Numbered from the stretch's first letter, positions 26,741 through 36,497 are shown. The stretch: DNA of 64,000 bases from Collinsella sp. (GCA_048330275.1 DBFEIO010000026.1:14662-78661); one strand, 5' to 3'. Translations and numbers: made by a program. Notes: a model not told the origin generated them from the letters alone.

Positions 26741-26772
26741 AGAAGCCGCCCCGTATGGAGCGGCTTCTTTCT
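26741..26772 (+). terminator. Rho-independent terminator
   Basis: agaagccgc-N10-gcggcttct followed by ttct. Confidence 0.6.
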
Positions 26773-26838
26773 ATCTGACGAGCAATACGAACGCCCGTCT
26801 AACGACGAACACGCGTATGTGTTCGCCTACTGAACAGT

Positions 26839-27202
26839 TGGTGGAGGCGCGGAGAATCGAACTCCGGTCCACGAAAGCCCCCTGATTGGCATCTCCAAGC
26901 TCAGTCGCTGGTTTAGTCTCGGACGCTTTGCGCGCAGCGACACGCTCGCAGCATCCCAACCGGTTCGATCTTAGCCTGCGCCATACCGATTACGTGCGCA
27001 GGAGCATTCCCCTAACATGACGTCGCACCGGTGTCGGGGAAATCACCGGGTTGACGCGCCGCTATAAATTAAGCAGCGAGAGCCATAGGCTCAAAAGAAG
27101 AGTTGTTGTCAATTCAATTTGACGGCACCCCTGTTTAACGAGGCGAGGAGACCTCGGCTTGCTTCCTCTCTCAGAGCTATCGTGTCGAAACCAGTCGCCC
27201 CC
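26839..27202 (-). ncRNA. ssrA: tmRNA
   Basis: On the minus strand, the 5' end reads GGGGGCGACTGGTTTCGACA and the 3' end reads GGAGTTCGATTCTCCGCGCCTCCACCA. The tag ORF reads GAC AAC AAC TCT TCT TTT GAG CCT ATG GCT CTC GCT GCT TAA (DNNSSFEPMALAA). Confidence 0.9.
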
Positions 27203-27441
27203 GAATGTCGGGAAAGTCTGGATGGTATCGGGCCTGCAAACACCCGATAACCGTCGACTTTTCAAGGAACATGCAGGGCAAGCCCCGCTTGTGGAGTGTT
27301 ATCTTACCACGTTCTGAAAGCGGACAGCTGTTCTATGCACGAGCTGTGAAGACCCCAATGTGCGCCGCACTTCGCACTTTTGTTACCGACCGCGTCACGT
27401 ATATTTTCGCCAAGCAAAATTGACCCGTCGAAAGGACCGTT

Positions 27442-27876
27442 ATGGATACCAAGCAGCAACTCGTCAATGCCCTCGCAGGCCTGGGCTCAACCATTACCGA
27501 AGCCATGGATGTCATCGAAGGCTTTGTCCCCTGCGGACATCCCGCTCTCACGGTATCGAACGCACTCGTCGCGCTGGACGCTGACGATGATGCAGTTCTC
27601 GCCCAGCAGCTCGAGACCGTCGAGGGCTTTATCGACCACGTGAGCGAGAACCGAGGCGTGGCCGCCTACCACGGCATCGAGGTCGAGCTCGCGGGTCCCA
27701 AAGCCAATCTGTTCGCAGCAATCCGCGAAGTAGGCGCCCTTATGCAGACCGCAGGCGTCAAGAACACCCAGGTCAACGAGTGGGTCTACCGCAGTCTGGC
27801 AGCACTCGACAGCTCCGACGAAAAGGCAGCCGAGCAGCTCGCAGAAAGTCCCGCCATCAAGGCCGAGCTTTTGTAA
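27442..27876 (+). CDS. Hypothetical acidic protein
   Basis: GAAAGGA RBS. 144 aa. No recognisable motif. Confidence 0.5.
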   Translation: MDTKQQLVNALAGLGSTITEAMDVIEGFVPCGHPALTVSNALVALDADDDAVLAQQLETVEGFIDHVSENRGVAAYHGIEVELAGPKANLFAAIREVGALMQTAGVKNTQVNEWVYRSLAALDSSDEKAAEQLAESPAIKAELL

Positions 27877-27934
27877 ATAGCAGACGCGGGCCCCTTGGCG
27901 CATCGTCGTCCAAGAGGCCCGCAAACAGTTCGCA

Positions 27935-28450
27935 TCAACCGATAGCCGCGCTGCCGCGTTCGGCCAAAGCCAGAATCGGCATCATTTGGCGCGGGGTCTT
28001 TGCTGCAAGATCGGCATGTTCGAGCAGCTTGCGATCGTTGGTCACCAAGTAATCGACCTGCGCGCGCTTGCACGCGGCGAGCACCAAGTTGTCCTCGTAA
28101 TCGCGATGGAGCGCTACGTATTTGTCGGCCAACCAAAGGTCCGACGCATCTGCACCCACGGCCGTGGCGTTTTCGGTCATGTTCCGAACAAACGCCAACG
28201 CCGCATCGCCAATTGCACGGGCAGACGCCTCGTCGAGCGCTCCCCCGCTGGCAAGAACGCTACGCTTCAGCTCGTGTTGGACAACGTACAGCACGTCCTT
28301 AGCGATATGCACCGGAAAGAACAGCAACGCCCCCGTCTCCGTCGCCCGCCCAATAAACGCACGCGCGGCAAGCGACTCGGCATGGTCGACGCAAAACGAA
28401 TCGACCCATACGTTGGCATCCACCATTATTTTGAGGGGAGTCCCGCTCAC
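27935..28450 (-). CDS. PIN-domain toxin (VapC-like)
   Basis: MVDANVW (first acidic residue) and EDNLVLAACKRAQVDYLVTNDRKLL (C-terminal PIN signature). GTG at 28450 overlaps the antitoxin stop (GTGA); an alternative ATG is at 28426. Confidence 0.75.
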   Translation of the reverse strand: MSGTPLKIMVDANVWVDSFCVDHAESLAARAFIGRATETGALLFFPVHIAKDVLYVVQHELKRSVLASGGALDEASARAIGDAALAFVRNMTENATAVGADASDLWLADKYVALHRDYEDNLVLAACKRAQVDYLVTNDRKLLEHADLAAKTPRQMMPILALAERGSAAIG

Positions 28451-28800
28451 AGGATCATCCCCTTTTGGCGATAGCGCTCGTCCATGGCCTCGGAATAGAT
28501 TGTGTCCCAATCGCGATCGTCGGATACGGACGACGTAGCAATGCCCAGGTCCGCGTAAAGCTGATCCGCCGCCGCCCATGATGCGGCGAACGGCGTATCG
28601 GGCGCGACGGTCTGCTGCCGGCCATCAACGGCAGACAGCACTTCCTCACACTGTCCACCACCCTGCGCGACCTTGGCCACGACCTTTTTGATGAGCTCGG
28701 GCAGTGACCTGCCCGAAAGCTGCAGCGCTTCCTCGGCGCGCTCTTTAACCGAGCGATCTACGCGAACATTCACCTGCGCCATGCTGCCAACGGTAGCCAT
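28447..28800 (-). CDS. RelB/DinJ-type (ribbon-helix-helix) antitoxin
   Basis: The N-terminus MAQVNVRVDRSVKERAEEALQLSGRSLPELIKKVV fits a ribbon-helix-helix (RHH) fold. ATG at 28800 follows GGTGAGG. A TGCTAGC-TC-TGCTAGC repeat lies just upstream. Confidence 0.7.
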   Translation of the reverse strand: MATVGSMAQVNVRVDRSVKERAEEALQLSGRSLPELIKKVVAKVAQGGGQCEEVLSAVDGRQQTVAPDTPFAASWAAADQLYADLGIATSSVSDDRDWDTIYSEAMDERYRQKGMIL

Positions 28801-28871
28801 CTCAACCTCACCTTCAGCATTTGCTAGCTCTGCTAGCACGAGCATATATCCGAGCTAACATCTCGTCAAAC

Positions 28872-28920
28872 AAAAGAAGGCCTGCACCCTGGCGGCTGCG
28901 GTGTCGCCAGGGTGCAGGCC
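28872..28920 (-). terminator. Rho-independent terminator of the ATPase operon
   Basis: 16-bp stem (ggcctgcaccctggcg / cgccagggtgcaggcc) followed by TTCTTTTGTTT on the minus strand. Confidence 0.65.
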
Positions 28921-28939
28921 ATTTACTCAATCGAAAACG

Positions 28940-31015
28940 CTAACGCAGGTAAGCCTTCGCGTTGCTCAGGCTGTAGGCAATCGTCGAGCCGTTGTGCAGC
29001 AGCGACGACGCCTGCGGGGTAATCGCGCCGGTAATACCCAATGCCAACAGCGCCGAATTGGTGAGCATCACCTTAGAATAGGAGCTCGTCAGACGGTCGA
29101 TGAGACCCTGACTCATGCGGCGCAGGCGCACGATCGCGGCAAGATCCGTATCGGTCAGGATGATATCGGCGACCTCCTTGGCGATGTCGCTTCCGCCACC
29201 CATGGCCAGGCCCACGTCGGCCAGGCCCAGCGCCGGTGAGTCGTTGACGCCGTCGCCCACCATGGCAACGTGGCGCCCCTCGCTCTTAATGCGCTCCACA
29301 TACGCGTATTTGTCCTCGGGCAGCAGCTCGGCCTTAAACTCGTCGACACCCGCCTCGCGCGCGATGCGCTCGGCCGTGCGCTCGGAGTCACCCGTGAGCA
29401 TGACCACGTGCTTGACGCCCAGCGCATGCAGGTCGGCGATGGCCTCACGGACCCCGGGCTTGAGCGGGTCCTCGATACCGAGCACGCCGACGACCTTTCC
29501 ATCGACCGCCAGATACAGCGGCGACAGGCCCTGCATCTGGGACTCGATTTGCTCCTTAATGTCGGAATCGAGCTGCGCGCTCTCGTCCTCAAACACAAAG
29601 TGTGCCGAGCCGATAATCGCGCGACGCCCTTCGATGGACGAAGCGATGCCGTGCGCCACAATATACTCGACCGCAGCGTGACGCTCGCGGTGCTCGAGCC
29701 CGCGCTCGCGGGCGGCGTTGACCACGGCACGCGCCACCGGATGCGGAAAATGCTCCTCCAAGCAAGCGGAAAGGCGCAGGACCTCGTCCTCGCTCCAGCC
29801 GTCGGTCGTGAGCACGCAAGCTAGGCGCGGCTGGGCCTCGGTCAGCGTACCGGTCTTGTCAAAGACAATGGTATCGGCCTTGGCAAACGACTCAAAGTAC
29901 TTAGCGCCCTTGACCATAACGCCCATCTTGGCAGCATCGCTCATGGCAGTCATGACGGCAACGGAACCCGTGAGCTTGAGTGCGCACGAGTAGTCGACCA
30001 TCAGTGCCGCGGAGGTCTTGATGAGACTGCGCGTGGTGAGCGCAACCAGGCCCGCGAGCAGGAAGTTCCACGGGACGATCTTGTTGGCAAGGTCCTCCAT
30101 ATGCGACTGGCCCTCGGATTTGAGCGAGTCGGCCGTCTGCACGAGCGAGACGATCGAGCGCAGTTTGGTCTGCGCCGTATTGGCGCGCACGCGCACCAAG
30201 ATGCCGCCGTCTTCCACGACGGTACCGGCGAACACGTCGTCGCCCACGCTGCGCTCGACGGCCAGCGGCTCGCCGGTCAGGGTCGCCTGGTTGACCATAG
30301 CGCTCCCCTGCTCGACAACACCGTCGATGCAGATGGACATGCCGGTGCGCACGGCGACCAAGTCGCCGGGCTCGAGCTCGGTGGCGGCAACGCTTACCTC
30401 GGTGTCGCCGACGACCTTTTGCGCCTTGTCGGGCACATCGAGCAGCGAGTTGATGAGCTCGTTTTCGCTCATGGCGCGGGTGTAGTCCTCGAGCAGCTCG
30501 CCCACGTTGAGCAGGAACATCGTCTGGCCCGCGGTGTCGACATCACGCTTGACGAACGAAATGCCGATGGCCGAAGCGTCGAGCACGGGAACGGTCAGGC
30601 GCGGCTGCGCGAGCTCATGAAGGGCAGCGCGCAAAAATGCCATGTAACCGGCCACGACAAACACCGCACGCAGAGGCGTCGGCAAGAACCAGCGGCGCGC
30701 GTAGTGGGCGCCGATAAGTGTGGCAAGATCCATGACGAGCTTGTGCTTGCGTGGCTCAAGCTGCATCACGTAGCCTGTCTTTGCGTCGGCAATGGCCCGA
30801 GCGTCGAGCGCACCGACGGCGGCCAGCACGGCATCGCGGCGCGACTCGTCGTATTCGAGTGCCATCTGGCCGATGCGGCCGTAGACGCGCACCTTGTGCA
30901 CGCCGTCGATATCGCCGCTGAGCTTAAGAAGTGCATCGAGATCGCTCTCTGGCACAGGACCCGCCAATTGAAGACGGGTCCTGCCGGGGATCTCGCTGAT
31001 AATCGAGAATCTCAT
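28940..31015 (-). CDS. P1B-type (heavy-metal-type) P-type ATPase with a non-canonical SCA transmembrane motif
   Basis: DKTGTLT, TGEP and GDGVNDSPAL motifs are present. The N-terminal HMA-like fold lacks CxxC. DYSCALKL stands where CPC is expected. Confidence 0.9.
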   Translation of the reverse strand: MRFSIISEIPGRTRLQLAGPVPESDLDALLKLSGDIDGVHKVRVYGRIGQMALEYDESRRDAVLAAVGALDARAIADAKTGYVMQLEPRKHKLVMDLATLIGAHYARRWFLPTPLRAVFVVAGYMAFLRAALHELAQPRLTVPVLDASAIGISFVKRDVDTAGQTMFLLNVGELLEDYTRAMSENELINSLLDVPDKAQKVVGDTEVSVAATELEPGDLVAVRTGMSICIDGVVEQGSAMVNQATLTGEPLAVERSVGDDVFAGTVVEDGGILVRVRANTAQTKLRSIVSLVQTADSLKSEGQSHMEDLANKIVPWNFLLAGLVALTTRSLIKTSAALMVDYSCALKLTGSVAVMTAMSDAAKMGVMVKGAKYFESFAKADTIVFDKTGTLTEAQPRLACVLTTDGWSEDEVLRLSACLEEHFPHPVARAVVNAARERGLEHRERHAAVEYIVAHGIASSIEGRRAIIGSAHFVFEDESAQLDSDIKEQIESQMQGLSPLYLAVDGKVVGVLGIEDPLKPGVREAIADLHALGVKHVVMLTGDSERTAERIAREAGVDEFKAELLPEDKYAYVERIKSEGRHVAMVGDGVNDSPALGLADVGLAMGGGSDIAKEVADIILTDTDLAAIVRLRRMSQGLIDRLTSSYSKVMLTNSALLALGITGAITPQASSLLHNGSTIAYSLSNAKAYLR

Positions 31016-31033
31016 AGTTTGTGCCTGGGAGCG

Positions 31034-31279
31034 TTACTCGGCTGCCTCGTCAGCAGCGGCCTCGCTCTGGGTGATGTAGGCCGCCTCGGCAACCATGTCG
31101 TCGACATTAGCCTTGGCCTGCTCGACCATGTCCTGGTAGCCGTTCTTGATGCGCATGCCGCACGCGATACCCTGCACGCAGGCGTTCTTTACCGGAGCGC
31201 TGGTGAGCAGCTTGATGCCAGCCGTACCAAGCAGAAAACCGCCACCAACAAGCAGGGTGTTGAACGTGGACTTCTTCAT
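31034..31279 (-). CDS. Small membrane/amphipathic protein co-transcribed with the ATPase
   Basis: MKKSTFNTLLVGGGFLLGTAGIKLL. AAGGGAGAG RBS. Its stop lies 18 bp before the ATPase start. Confidence 0.55.
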   Translation of the reverse strand: MKKSTFNTLLVGGGFLLGTAGIKLLTSAPVKNACVQGIACGMRIKNGYQDMVEQAKANVDDMVAEAAYITQSEAAADEAAE

Positions 31280-31474
31280 GATGTCTCTCCCTTTTGCCGC
31301 ATTGGACGCGGCATGGTGCCTCAGCACCCGAGTAAACAAGTTTGCTCGAGCACGCTTTTGAAATATCTCAATTTTATCTAACTATCTAGGTCAGCCATGG
31401 CTAACCTTTTGAAAATTAACGATGCGGAGTAACCGATTGTCAATGTGACAAAGGGACTGTCCCTTTGCCCCTTC

Positions 31475-33232
31475 TTACAACTGCCAGGTAGCTGCTTCCT
31501 TTTGCAGCGCCACCATGCGGGCGAATTCTCCACCTGCCGCCTTGAGCTGCGCCGGAGTGCCCTGCTCGGCAACCACACCATCCTTGAGTACAACGATTTT
31601 GTCGGCATTTTCCACCGTACGCATACGGTGGGCAATAACGATCACCGTCTTACCTGCAAGCAGACGGGAGAGTGCCTGCTGAACCACGGTCTCGTTCTCC
31701 ACATCCAAGCTCGCCGTCGCCTCGTCCAACAGCACGATAGGCGCGTCTTTGAGCAGCGCGCGGGCGATAGAGATGCGCTGGCGCTCACCGCCGGACAGCT
31801 TGGAACCGTTCTCGCCGATCATGGTGTCATAGCCCTGCGGCATGCGGCTCACAAACTCGTCGCAGTTGGCGGCACGCGCGGCAGCAAGCACTTCCTCATC
31901 GGTGGCATCGCGACGACCAAGACGGATGTTCCCCATCACCGTGTCGTCAAAGAGCAACACGTCTTGGAACACAATGGCGTAGTCGCGCAGCAGCACCTCG
32001 GGATCGACGCTCGCAACATCCACACCGCCCACGGTAACCTTGCCCGCGGTGGCATCCCAAAAGCGCGCGGCAAGGCGGCTCACCGTGGACTTACCGGAGC
32101 CCGAAGGACCGACCAGTGCCGTGACCTCGCCTTCCTTGGCGGTAAAGCTCACATCGGTAAGAACTTTCTCGCCGGCGCGGCCGTCCTCGCCCGCACCATA
32201 GCCAAATGCCACGTGATCGAACACCACATCGTGGCCTACGGGCTCAAACTGCTCGCTGCCCCGCGCCACGGGCCCTTCCATGATGGAACGCATGCGCTTG
32301 GCAGACGACTCGGCGGCAAACAGCTCGGACATTAACATTAAAGCCTGGTCAAAGGGTGCATAGATACGGCTCACCATAAGCAGGAAGGCAAACATCACCA
32401 AAAAGTCGACCTGCCCGGAGGCGACCATCGCAGCGCCCGTGACCAACGTGGTGGCAATCCCCAGGCGCAGGATGGCAAAGGCGGAGTTGACCAAAAGCCC
32501 GTTGGCGAGCTCGCCTTTGGTGGTCTCGCGCTCCTCGGCATCGATCACGGCGTTGAGTCCCTCAAGATAATGGGCCTCCTGGTTGGTGGCGCGGATCTCG
32601 CGCACGCAGTCGAGCGTCTCCTGGATCGCCTCGGTGACCTTGACCTTCTCGGCGCGCACATGGTCGAACACCGGGGTCATGGGCCCGCGTGTCAGATACA
32701 GCACGGCAAAGGCCACGGGCACGCTCCAAAACGCCGCAATCGCCAGCTGCCAGCAAAAGAACAGTGACGCCACGAACACGATGGCACTTGCGATGATGGC
32801 ACCCCAAAGCTCTCCCAGCACGTGGCTGTAGGCGTGCTCCATGGCCTGGACGTCGCCCATGATGGTCTCGGTTAAATCGGCCAGATCACGACGGCCAAAA
32901 AACGACAGCGGCAGCTTGCGCAAGCGCTCGGCGATCTCCATACGCTGCTTGCCGCACTCCTCGTAAAAGATGCAGTAGGTGTAGTAATACTGCTGCCAGT
33001 TAGAGGCAAAGAGCAACACGAAAAAGACCAGGAGGCCGCCCACAATCGGCAGGGCATCCGGCAGGTCAGCCCCGCTGGCGAGATGTTCGACAAAACCGCC
33101 CATGACCAGGAATAAAAAGCCCATGCCGGCCATGGTAATGAGATTAGTGAGCGTGGTCCAGAAAATGCCGCGTTTTACGCCGGCGACGCCTTTATCGGAT
33201 AGGAAATACTTCTTTTGGAATGAGGCGAACAT
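31475..33232 (-). CDS. ABC exporter, fused permease/ATPase subunit
   Basis: Six-transmembrane N-terminal half. Walker A GPSGSGKST, signature LSGGERQR, Walker B IVLLDEATS. Confidence 0.85.
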   Translation of the reverse strand: MFASFQKKYFLSDKGVAGVKRGIFWTTLTNLITMAGMGFLFLVMGGFVEHLASGADLPDALPIVGGLLVFFVLLFASNWQQYYYTYCIFYEECGKQRMEIAERLRKLPLSFFGRRDLADLTETIMGDVQAMEHAYSHVLGELWGAIIASAIVFVASLFFCWQLAIAAFWSVPVAFAVLYLTRGPMTPVFDHVRAEKVKVTEAIQETLDCVREIRATNQEAHYLEGLNAVIDAEERETTKGELANGLLVNSAFAILRLGIATTLVTGAAMVASGQVDFLVMFAFLLMVSRIYAPFDQALMLMSELFAAESSAKRMRSIMEGPVARGSEQFEPVGHDVVFDHVAFGYGAGEDGRAGEKVLTDVSFTAKEGEVTALVGPSGSGKSTVSRLAARFWDATAGKVTVGGVDVASVDPEVLLRDYAIVFQDVLLFDDTVMGNIRLGRRDATDEEVLAAARAANCDEFVSRMPQGYDTMIGENGSKLSGGERQRISIARALLKDAPIVLLDEATASLDVENETVVQQALSRLLAGKTVIVIAHRMRTVENADKIVVLKDGVVAEQGTPAQLKAAGGEFARMVALQKEAATWQL

Positions 33233-35059
33233 TTAGGCCTCGCCTCCCTTCGTGACGGCGGCATCCGCGGTCGCTGCAGTGATTTTCCAGCTCGCGGCCT
33301 GTTCGTATTCAGCCCACATCTTGGCGTATAGACCCTTTTGGGACAGCAGCTCGGCATGGGTGCCAGTCTCCTGCACGCTACCTTGGTTGAGCACCACGAT
33401 CTTGTCGGCCCCCACCACGGTCGAAAGCCGGTGCGCGATCATAATGACTGTGCGACCCGCCGCCAGTTTGCTAAAGGCGCGCTGGATGAGCGCCTCGTTC
33501 TCGGGGTCGGCAAAGGCTGTGGCCTCGTCGAGCACCACGATGGGCGCGTCCTTAAGGATTGCGCGGGCGAGCGCCACGCGCTGGACCTCGCCGCCCGAAA
33601 GGTACGCCCCGCCGGCGCCGAGCATGGTGTCGATGCCCTGCGGGAGCTTGGCCACGATATCGTCGCACTGGGCCGCGGAGAGGGCCGCGCGCACTTCGTC
33701 GTCAGTGGCTCCAGGCTTGGAGGCGCGCACGTTATCGGCAAGTGTTTGGCGGAACAGCTGGTTGGTCTGAAACACAAAGGCGACCTGGTCCATGAGCTCG
33801 TGCGGGTCCATGTCGCGAACGTCCACACCGCCTACGAGCACTCGACCCGAGGAAACATCCCAAAAACGCGGGATCAGGCTGGCGCAGGTTGACTTACCGC
33901 CGCCCGAGGGACCCACCAACGCGAGGGTGCTACCTGCGGAAACGCTAAAGCTCACATGGTTGACGGCAGGTGCCTCGGCACCCTCGTACGTAAAGCTCAC
34001 GTCCTCAAATCGCACGTCGCCGCCGACAGGGTGCTTGGGTTGGGCGGGCACGGAGAGCTGCTTGGAATCCATAACGCTTCGGATGCGCGCCAGCGAATCG
34101 GCACTCATCTGAGAGGCCTCGCCCACAAACATGAGCTTGGTCATGGCCGTCGGCACCACGGCCGAAAAGATCGCGTAAAACGTGAAGTTGACCATAAAGT
34201 GCGCGAAGTCCGTCTCGCCCGGCGCCAACAGCAACGCCACGGGCAAAAGAAATGCCACGAGGCCATTGAGCGCGGTAAGGGTGAGCACCTGCGGGCCTCG
34301 GCAGAACGTGCCCGCATAGCTTTGCGCCATGTCGGCGTATTCGGCGATCGCATCGTGAAACGCCTTAAAGGAGTAGACCGTCTGCTGGAACACCTTGACC
34401 ACGGGGATGCCGCGCACGTATTCGGTGCCGGTCTTGTTCATCTTGACCAGCGCGCCCATGTAGGCCTTCATAAACTCGGCGCCCTTGCCGCTCATCATGG
34501 TGGCCATGGCGCCAAGCGAAACGGCGACCGAGATAAGGCATGCCGCGCCCAAGCGCCAATCGAGGGCGAAAAGCAGCACGAGCAGACCTGCGACCATGGC
34601 GGTGGCGCCGGCGATATCGGGCAGCATGTGCGCGAGCAGCGTCTCGGTTGAGGCGGCGCATCCGTCTACGATACGGCGCAGCTCACCGGTGGCGTGCGTG
34701 TCAAAGTAGCCGAGCGGCAGCTTAAGCAGATGCTCGCTCGTAGCCTTGCGGATATTGGATGCGCAGCGAAACGCGGACAGGTGCGTGCACATGAGTCCCA
34801 CGAAATAGATCACGATGCTCGCCAGGGCAAAACCGACAGCCCACCAACCATACATCGCGATGTCGGCGGCCTCGCTCCAGTTAGGCGCCACAGCGATCAG
34901 GTCTCGCGCAACAAGCCAGATGCACACGTACGGGCCAAAGCTCAACAGCTGCGAGAACGCCGAGAGGGCCATGCCCAAATACGTTAGGAATTTACGGTCA
35001 CCAGCATATGCAAGTAGCTCGCCGATGCCGCCACCTTCCTTTTTCGATCCCTTTGCCAT
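33233..35059 (-). CDS. ABC exporter, fused permease/ATPase subunit (heterodimer partner)
   Basis: GPSGGGKST, LSGGEVQR and IVVLDEATA motifs. The start was moved to MAKGSKKEGG at 35059; the upstream part of the tracked ORF looks non-coding. Confidence 0.85.
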   Translation of the reverse strand: MAKGSKKEGGGIGELLAYAGDRKFLTYLGMALSAFSQLLSFGPYVCIWLVARDLIAVAPNWSEAADIAMYGWWAVGFALASIVIYFVGLMCTHLSAFRCASNIRKATSEHLLKLPLGYFDTHATGELRRIVDGCAASTETLLAHMLPDIAGATAMVAGLLVLLFALDWRLGAACLISVAVSLGAMATMMSGKGAEFMKAYMGALVKMNKTGTEYVRGIPVVKVFQQTVYSFKAFHDAIAEYADMAQSYAGTFCRGPQVLTLTALNGLVAFLLPVALLLAPGETDFAHFMVNFTFYAIFSAVVPTAMTKLMFVGEASQMSADSLARIRSVMDSKQLSVPAQPKHPVGGDVRFEDVSFTYEGAEAPAVNHVSFSVSAGSTLALVGPSGGGKSTCASLIPRFWDVSSGRVLVGGVDVRDMDPHELMDQVAFVFQTNQLFRQTLADNVRASKPGATDDEVRAALSAAQCDDIVAKLPQGIDTMLGAGGAYLSGGEVQRVALARAILKDAPIVVLDEATAFADPENEALIQRAFSKLAAGRTVIMIAHRLSTVVGADKIVVLNQGSVQETGTHAELLSQKGLYAKMWAEYEQAASWKITAATADAAVTKGGEA

Positions 35060-35131
35060 GAGATTCCTTTCTAACGGCTTGAGAGTTAACCGTAAGAAAC
35101 TTATCATGGGCGTGTTAGCCAAGGCACACAA

Positions 35132-36178
35132 TTGGGCCAGGCGTGGACGTTTTCGCAAATGAAGGGGACGCTTTTGAAAATGCGGCGGGCGGCAACCGAT
35201 ATAACCGAGCTCTACGCACCGCAGTTTGAGCAGTTTGGCCTGCAGCTTTCCGGCAAGGGCGCCGTCTTTACCGGTGAGGTGGCAAACGATCGGGCGCACG
35301 GACGCGCATGGATCATGCCCCTTTCCCCCACCTGCATCGTCATGGAGCATTTCATTACCCCGATGCACAACATGCACCTAGCCGAGTACACACCCGAACC
35401 GTACGCGTGCGTGAGCGAGGTCAGCGCGCCCACGCTCATGTGCATGCCCGAGGCTGGCATAACGCCTGCAAACCTTAAACTCTTGCATGGACCGTGGCCA
35501 AACAATGCCGTGTGCAGCTTTATCCAAGATAACTGTGGCGAGGAGTTAAGCCCGCTGTTTGCAGGGCAGCTCTATCACTCGCGCTCGGTGCTCTTTTTGC
35601 CTGGATATTTTGACGAACTGGAGCACCGCTATCCCACCGAGTTCGCAGGGGTCTTTGAGGCGTTTGCCGAGCCATGGCACGAGGAAGCGACGTCCGCCAT
35701 CTGCCACACACTGCACCGGATTAACGAGGACCGCGCCCGCACCGTAGGCGGACACGTCTATATGCAAGGCATCGTGGAGACCATGGTCGCGGAGCTCGCC
35801 TGTTCGCGCGCGGCCCACAAGCAGGCGCAGCAGGCGGCAGACACACGCGCCAGCATAACCATTGCCGAAGAAGCAACGGCAATGATTGAGCGCGAGCTCG
35901 ACAAAGGCAGACGTGTGGGTATCAACGAGGTGGCCGAGAGGCTCTATACAAGCCGCTCCAAGCTATGCGCCACCTTTAAGGCCCAAACTGGCGAGTCCCT
36001 GGGCGCCTACATTCGCAGACGCCGTATGGAACGAGCACAGGACCTTTTGGCCGATAGCTCGCTCACGATAGCGCAGGTGGCAGAGCGTCTAGGCTACCCT
36101 CAGCAGGCCGCCTTCGCCCAAGCCTTCAAACAATACACCGGCACCACTCCCACCGCTTGGCGTTCCCAACATACATAA
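35132..36178 (+). CDS. AraC-family transcriptional regulator
   Basis: The C-terminus carries two helix-turn-helix motifs (INEVAERLYTSRSKLCATFK...LTIAQVAERLGYPQQAAFAQAFKQYTG). It is divergent from the ABC pair. The start is uncertain. Confidence 0.8.
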   Translation: MGQAWTFSQMKGTLLKMRRAATDITELYAPQFEQFGLQLSGKGAVFTGEVANDRAHGRAWIMPLSPTCIVMEHFITPMHNMHLAEYTPEPYACVSEVSAPTLMCMPEAGITPANLKLLHGPWPNNAVCSFIQDNCGEELSPLFAGQLYHSRSVLFLPGYFDELEHRYPTEFAGVFEAFAEPWHEEATSAICHTLHRINEDRARTVGGHVYMQGIVETMVAELACSRAAHKQAQQAADTRASITIAEEATAMIERELDKGRRVGINEVAERLYTSRSKLCATFKAQTGESLGAYIRRRRMERAQDLLADSSLTIAQVAERLGYPQQAAFAQAFKQYTGTTPTAWRSQHT

Positions 36179-36180
36179 AG

Positions 36181-36434
36181 AATGAAGGCGCCAACGGCGC
36201 CCTCATTCACCAAATTCCATTCAGCCCCACCTGACCCGAACGGCCGAGTCGTAGCAGAACCCGGGAACCCCGGCAGGGCGGGTGCTTGCTCAAAATGAGT
36301 TCCCTCCAAAACAATGGGCGCGCCGTTGGCGCGCCCATTCACTCTATTCCATTCAGCCCACCTGACCCGAACGGCCGAGTCGTCGCAGAACCCGGGAGCC
36401 CCGGCAGGGCGGGTGCTTGCTCAAAATGAGTTCC
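36181..36434. repeat. Tandem ~122-bp intergenic repeat, two units (36181-36303 and 36313-36434)
   Basis: Each unit begins with a GC hairpin and then shares a near-identical core: attccattcagcc(c)cacctgacccgaacggccgagtcgt(a/c)gcagaacccggga(a/g)ccccggcagggcgggtgcttgctcaaaatgagttcc. Confidence 0.85.
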
Positions 36435-36497
36435 GCACGCAAAGAAGGCCACTTAATGTGGCCTTCGTCTTGCGCAGGACTGTTTGAAATTTTGAGG

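Larger units (their letters stand above)
1..26772. mobile_element. Siphovirus-like prophage, right ~26.8 kb (replication, packaging, head, tail, DGR, lysis). The left end and integrase lie outside the window.
   Basis: Unbroken + strand gene array in the canonical phage module order. Many ATGA/TAATG start-stop overlaps. It ends at a terminator 67 bp from the 3' end of ssrA. Confidence 0.85.

Noticed and set aside
26773-26838. Exact att core between the prophage terminator and ssrA.
   Set aside because: The other prophage end is outside the window, so no direct repeat can be identified here.
33233-35377. The 714-aa version of the ABC subunit, and similar N-terminal ORF extensions at 55240-57378, 49199-50176, 41849-43615, 43658-45409, 51780-53129 and 60823-63096.
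   Set aside because: The extended N-termini are non-protein-like and overlap upstream genes or terminators. Internal starts with good RBSs give canonical N-termini.
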